Shown: positions 51,282-64,000 of the stretch, one piece after another
Position numbering within the stretch: the stretch's first letter is position 1
How the letters are laid out: every line of letters starts with the position of its first letter
Source: Eledone cirrhosa
Lineage: Eukaryota
Direction of reading: 5' to 3'
Assembly (NCBI GenBank): GCA_964016885.1
Contig: OZ024741.1
Location: 45,136,001-45,200,000, forward strand
DNA: 64,000 nt
The notes under the pieces: generated by a model
What the model saw: the letters and a program-made list of their open reading frames with translations, nothing else
Databases searched by the model: none
Told to the model about the DNA's origin: nothing
Position numbers and translations under genes: made by a program

Positions 51282-51872
51282 AATTGTCATAAAATATAAA
51301 CACACATACGCACGGAATCACTACTATTAAAGACCAGAGACCAATTCTGTAGAATCAGGTTTATTCATTGACAGACCATGCCTTTGTGTGACCAACACAT
51401 CCATGTTAAACCCTGCACGTGCACACACGTATATCTATATATATATGCGCACACAGAATTATTTTAATTTCACTGCCCCAACTTCTTATATTATGGAAAA
51501 AATATATGTGTCTGTATGTATATATATATATATATATTTGAAGGCCATTTCTCTGTGTGTGGGTGTATGTATGTGTGTGTGTGTGTGTGTGAGTATGTGT
51601 GTGCATGTGGATGTATGTATTGTGTGTGCGTGTGTGTGTGTGTGTGTGTATGTATGTGGGTATCTGGATGTATGCGTATGTGTATATATATATATATATG
51701 CATGTGTGTGTGTGTGTGTGTGTATATATATGTGTGTGTATGTGTGTATATATATGTGTGTGTGTGTGTGTGTGTATGTTTGTATGTGTGTATGTATATA
51801 TATATATGTGTGTGTGTATGTATGTGTGGGGGTGTGTGTGTGTGTGTGTGTATATATATATTTATATATATA

Positions 51873-51937
<65 letters not shown>

Positions 51938-51968
51938 GTGTATCTGGATGTATGTGTATGTATATATA

Positions 51969-52027
<59 letters not shown>

Positions 52028-52088
52028 ATGTGTATATATGTGTGTGTGTGTGTGTATGTATATGTATGTGTGTGTGTATGTATGTGTG

Positions 52089-52135
<47 letters not shown>

Positions 52136-52412
52136 GTATGTGTATGTATGTGTGGATGAAGGTATGTGTGTGTATATTGCTTCCACCCCCCTCACTGACC
52201 AGCAGCTGGCTATTGCTAAATCTGACCTTTATAAAATAACCACACCCCAAATAACTTCTCATTCACTACCAGAAAGGGACACAGCAGTCAACCTGTTGTT
52301 GCTACCTAGATGAAAACTGCTATGAAATCCCACAATGAATTTTATACTTGAATTTTCAAGTCTCAAATTTTAACTCTTCGTATTATTAATTTTTCTTAAT
52401 ATTAATCAACAT

Positions 52413-52450
52413 TTGAAAAGATGGCTTTTGCAGACCCATCGAAACCGGTC
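52413..52450 (+). ncRNA. Hammerhead ribozyme, U3-A8 variant, palindromic stem III ACCGGT (inverted copy at 47768-47805)
   Basis: TTGAAAA-GATGG-cttttgcagac-CCATC-GAAA-CCGG-TC. Confidence 0.7.
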
Positions 52451-52559
52451 ATTTTTTATACCCTTTATTATTTCCTTACCTTATAAAATTATGTTTTTTC
52501 ACAAAAAAGTATTCTGTCTCTTATATATTCCATGTGCCATTACCAACCTCAATTTTCTC

Positions 52560-55097
<2,538 letters not shown>

Positions 55098-55655
55098 ATT
55101 GTTAGACTTTGGGAGGGTCATGTTGCCAATAAGAAACACACGAACCAGTTACCCCACTTCAATTTATTATATATTTATAAATTTATAAATTTACAAATCT
55201 ACAAACTTGTAAATTTCTGGTTGGTTGGTTGGTTCCACAACCAGATAGTTGTTTATATATATAGTCATAGTCCTTTCGTCACACACTCTGTGACCTCTTC
55301 AGTGACTGGGGATTCCTTTCTTCTCTTCGTTTCTGTGCCTTTTCTTTCTTCTATCCTACGCCATTTTGTTTCTGTGTGACAAGAAACAAAATGGCGTAGG
55401 ATAGAAGAAAGAAAAGGCACAGAAACGAAGAGAAGAAAGGAATCCACAGTCACTGAAGAGGTCACAGAGTGTGTGACGAAAGGACTATGATTATATATAT
55501 AAACAACTATCTGGTTGTGGAACCAACCAACCAACCAGAAATTTATAAGTTTGTAGATTTGTAAATTTATAAATTTATAAATATATATAAAATGGAATTG
55601 AAAGCAACTGGTGCGTGTGTTTCTTATTGGCAACCTCCCAAAGTATAACAATATC
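55098..55655. mobile_element. ~550 bp palindromic pLTR dimer (centre ~55377) with HHRs at 55263-55307 (-) and 55448-55492 (+)
   Basis: Arms are reverse complements; same family and same centre as 46644-47045. Confidence 0.88.
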
Positions 55656-55710
55656 GGTTTAAACACACGATTTCAGATAAAGAATCTTGCTAAACAAATT
55701 CAGAAACGAA

Positions 55711-56019
<309 letters not shown>

Positions 56020-56536
56020 TAACTTTGAATAACTTTGAAATGTTTTGGCCAGTATTGGCCCAGGCCATGTCTAACTTAATAGCACCACCTGGTGAAGTCT
56101 TTCAATTCAGGATTTGGGCACCATGGCCCATTCGAGAAGAGAATTACTGTTTGCGGAGACATATCCGGGTGTGGGTGGTTTGTCCGGGATTACTTGGAGG
56201 AATTTGTCCAAAGACTTCTTGAATTTTGTGTGGTCAGTTTCTGTTTTGACGTGTCCTGGTGTGATGTTGAAGAGAGCAGGGCCGATTGAGGTGAAATAAT
56301 TGTGCCGTATTGTTGTTATGAGTTGCGATTTAGATTTTTGAATGGGACGGATAGCACGGGGCCCAAGCCTTGGGTGTATCTTGAAGGCGATGCCAACATC
56401 ATTTGGGCAGTGATGATGGAACATTTTCTACATCATGCAGATAATATAACGCTCACGGCGACGTTGGAGTGAGTAAAGTTTCAGGTTTTCTAATCGACCC
56501 CAGTAGTCAAGGTCTGACATGCCATCTATCTTTTTA
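56020..56536 (-). mobile_element. CR1/L2-group LINE 3' fragment (same family as 17795-18616)
   Basis: [43 protein letters not shown]; same tail. Confidence 0.88.
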
Positions 56537-56537
56537 C

Positions 56538-56570
<33 letters not shown>

Positions 56571-56577
56571 TAAATAC

Positions 56578-56732
<155 letters not shown>

Positions 56733-56769
56733 CATACATATATATATATATACATATATATACATATAC

Positions 56770-61327
<4,558 letters not shown>

Positions 61328-62022
61328 AACTTTGAATAACTTTGAAATGTTTTGGTCAGTATTGGCCCAGGCCATGTCTAACTTAATAGCACCACCTGGC
61401 GAAGTCTTTCAATTCAGGATTTGGGCACCATGGCCCATTCGAGAAGAGAATTACTGTTTGCGGAGACATATCCGGGTGTGGGTGGTTTGTCCGGGATTAC
61501 CTGGAGGAATTTGTCCAAAGACTTCTTGAATTTTGTGTGGTCAGTTTCTGTTTTGACGTGTCCTGGTGTGATGTTGAAGAGAGCAGGGCCGATTGAGGTG
61601 AAATAATTGTGCCGTATTGTTGTTATGAGTTGCGATTTAGATTTTTGAATGGGACGGATAGCACGGGGCCCAATCCTTGGGTGTATCTTGAAGGCGATGC
61701 CAACATCATTTGGGCAGTGATGATGGAACATTTTCCACATCATGCAGATAATATAACGCTCACGGCGACGTTGGAGTGAGTGTTGGAACCCTCTCCCAAG
61801 GCTCTCAAAATGTCATCAAAGTGATGCAGTAGCTGCGTCAGGCAATCCCTTCCATTACGGAATCCATGCTGGTTGGAGTTCAGCATATTGTTACTCTCAA
61901 GGAAGTGGGTCATTCGCGATCTCACCACTCGCTCAAATAACTTAATGATATGAGAGGTGAGTGAGATTGGACGGTAATTCACGGCAAGGGATAAGTTTCC
62001 CTTTTTGAAAACTGGGACAACA
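61328..62022 (-). mobile_element. CR1/L2-group LINE with a large internal deletion (junction ~61781)
   Basis: [33 protein letters not shown] (RT start) is fused directly to the SLQRRRER C-terminal segment. Confidence 0.88.
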
Positions 62023-62100
62023 GATATATATATATATATACAGATATATATATATATATATGTATATATATGTATATATATATATATATGTATATATATG

Positions 62101-62151
<51 letters not shown>

Positions 62152-62218
62152 GTATGTATATATATATATATATATGTATATATATGTATGTATATATATA
62201 TATATATGTATATATATG

Positions 62219-62285
<67 letters not shown>

Positions 62286-62320
62286 GTGTATATATATATA
62301 TGTATATATATATATGTATA

Positions 62321-62395
<75 letters not shown>

Positions 62396-62483
62396 GTGTA
62401 TATATATATATGTATATATATATGTGTATATATATATAATATGTATATATATGTATATATATATATATATGTATATATATATG

Positions 62484-62546
<63 letters not shown>

Positions 62547-62571
62547 GTATATATATGTATATATATATATG

Positions 62572-62605
<34 letters not shown>

Positions 62606-62608
62606 GTA

Positions 62609-62889
<281 letters not shown>

Positions 62890-62949
62890 GTAGATATATA
62901 CATATATATATATATACTATATATATATATATACATATATAATATATAC

Positions 62950-63052
<103 letters not shown>

Positions 63053-63065
63053 CATATATATATAC

Positions 63066-63096
<31 letters not shown>

Positions 63097-63111
63097 CATA
63101 TATTATATTAC

Positions 63112-63176
<65 letters not shown>

Positions 63177-63197
63177 CATATATACATATATATATAC

Positions 63198-63248
<51 letters not shown>

Positions 63249-63318
63249 CATATATATATATATACATATATATATACATATATATATATATACATATATA
63301 ATATACATATATATATAC

Positions 63319-63349
<31 letters not shown>

Positions 63350-63350
63350 C

Positions 63351-63381
<31 letters not shown>

Positions 63382-63418
63382 CATATATATATACATATAT
63401 ATATACATATATATATAC

Positions 63419-63449
<31 letters not shown>

Positions 63450-63450
63450 C

Positions 63451-63485
<35 letters not shown>

Positions 63486-63490
63486 TTATG

Positions 63491-63690
63491 NNNNNNNNNN
63501 NNNNNNNNNNNNNNNNNNNNNNNNNNNNNNNNNNNNNNNNNNNNNNNNNNNNNNNNNNNNNNNNNNNNNNNNNNNNNNNNNNNNNNNNNNNNNNNNNNNN
63601 NNNNNNNNNNNNNNNNNNNNNNNNNNNNNNNNNNNNNNNNNNNNNNNNNNNNNNNNNNNNNNNNNNNNNNNNNNNNNNNNNNNNNNNNNN
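63491..63690. other. Assembly gap (200 N)
   Basis: Run of N. Confidence 1.
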
Positions 63691-64000
63691 GAGAGAGATA
63701 CATGTCTTTTGTCACGAACATTTTATTTTTTCTGTGGTAGTGAGGCACTCATAAGTTTATTTATTATAAACATATAGTTCCTGCTTCCATATACATGCCT
63801 GTTAAGCTTAACACTGCTGTAGTGCTGCTGTCAATTAACTGACATATTATCCAACTATACATATGATAACGCCATTAGCTGAACAATAGTACAGTTGATA
63901 ACCGTTATATCCGTATTTTTTATTATTTTTTATAAATATGTTTGTCGAAAGATTTCATCAACAATAAATGATGCGTGCGCCGTGTATCGGCTCGGCAGAC

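Noticed and set aside
52305-52345. Possible SECIS (ATGA..AAA..TGA) in the PLE 3'UTR
   Set aside because: The intervening segments do not pair into the required helix.
63691-64000. Unique sequence after the gap
   Set aside because: Too short, and no recognisable feature.

Overview
Eukaryotic repeat-rich DNA, probably from an octopus or other cephalopod (inferred from an octopus-type tRNA-derived SINE and the extreme (TA)n content). No host gene is supported, and almost all ORF-track entries (YI/IY-repeat peptides) are microsatellite artefacts. Roughly half the window is interrupted (TA)n; about 30 non-microsatellite islands sit in it, nearly all retroelement pieces. Most are Penelope-like elements (PLEs): one near-complete RT+GIY-YIG copy at 47.6-52.6 kb, a decayed sister copy at 33.1-36.9 kb, five or six other GIY-YIG fragments and many non-coding pLTR-only pieces. 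Also present are RTE and CR1/L2-group LINE fragments, a 5'-truncated Gypsy pol ORF, a gag remnant and one SINE. Main observations: (1) more than 20 minimal hammerhead-ribozyme (HHR) motifs from about a dozen unrelated families, some with a U3-A8 core covariation. (2) A hairpin conserved across about 8 families (CUC-stem-loop-stem-UY bulge-GAG) lying between the HHR and the (TA)n junction. (3) An upstream ORF joined to the PLE RT ORF by an in-frame U_UUU_UUA -1 slippery site, conserved in both copies. (4) Repeated head-to-head inverted pLTR pairs and twin-priming inversions whose breakpoints fall on TA microhomologies. All calls were read by eye, with no searches or folding run; coordinates are approximate to a few bases.
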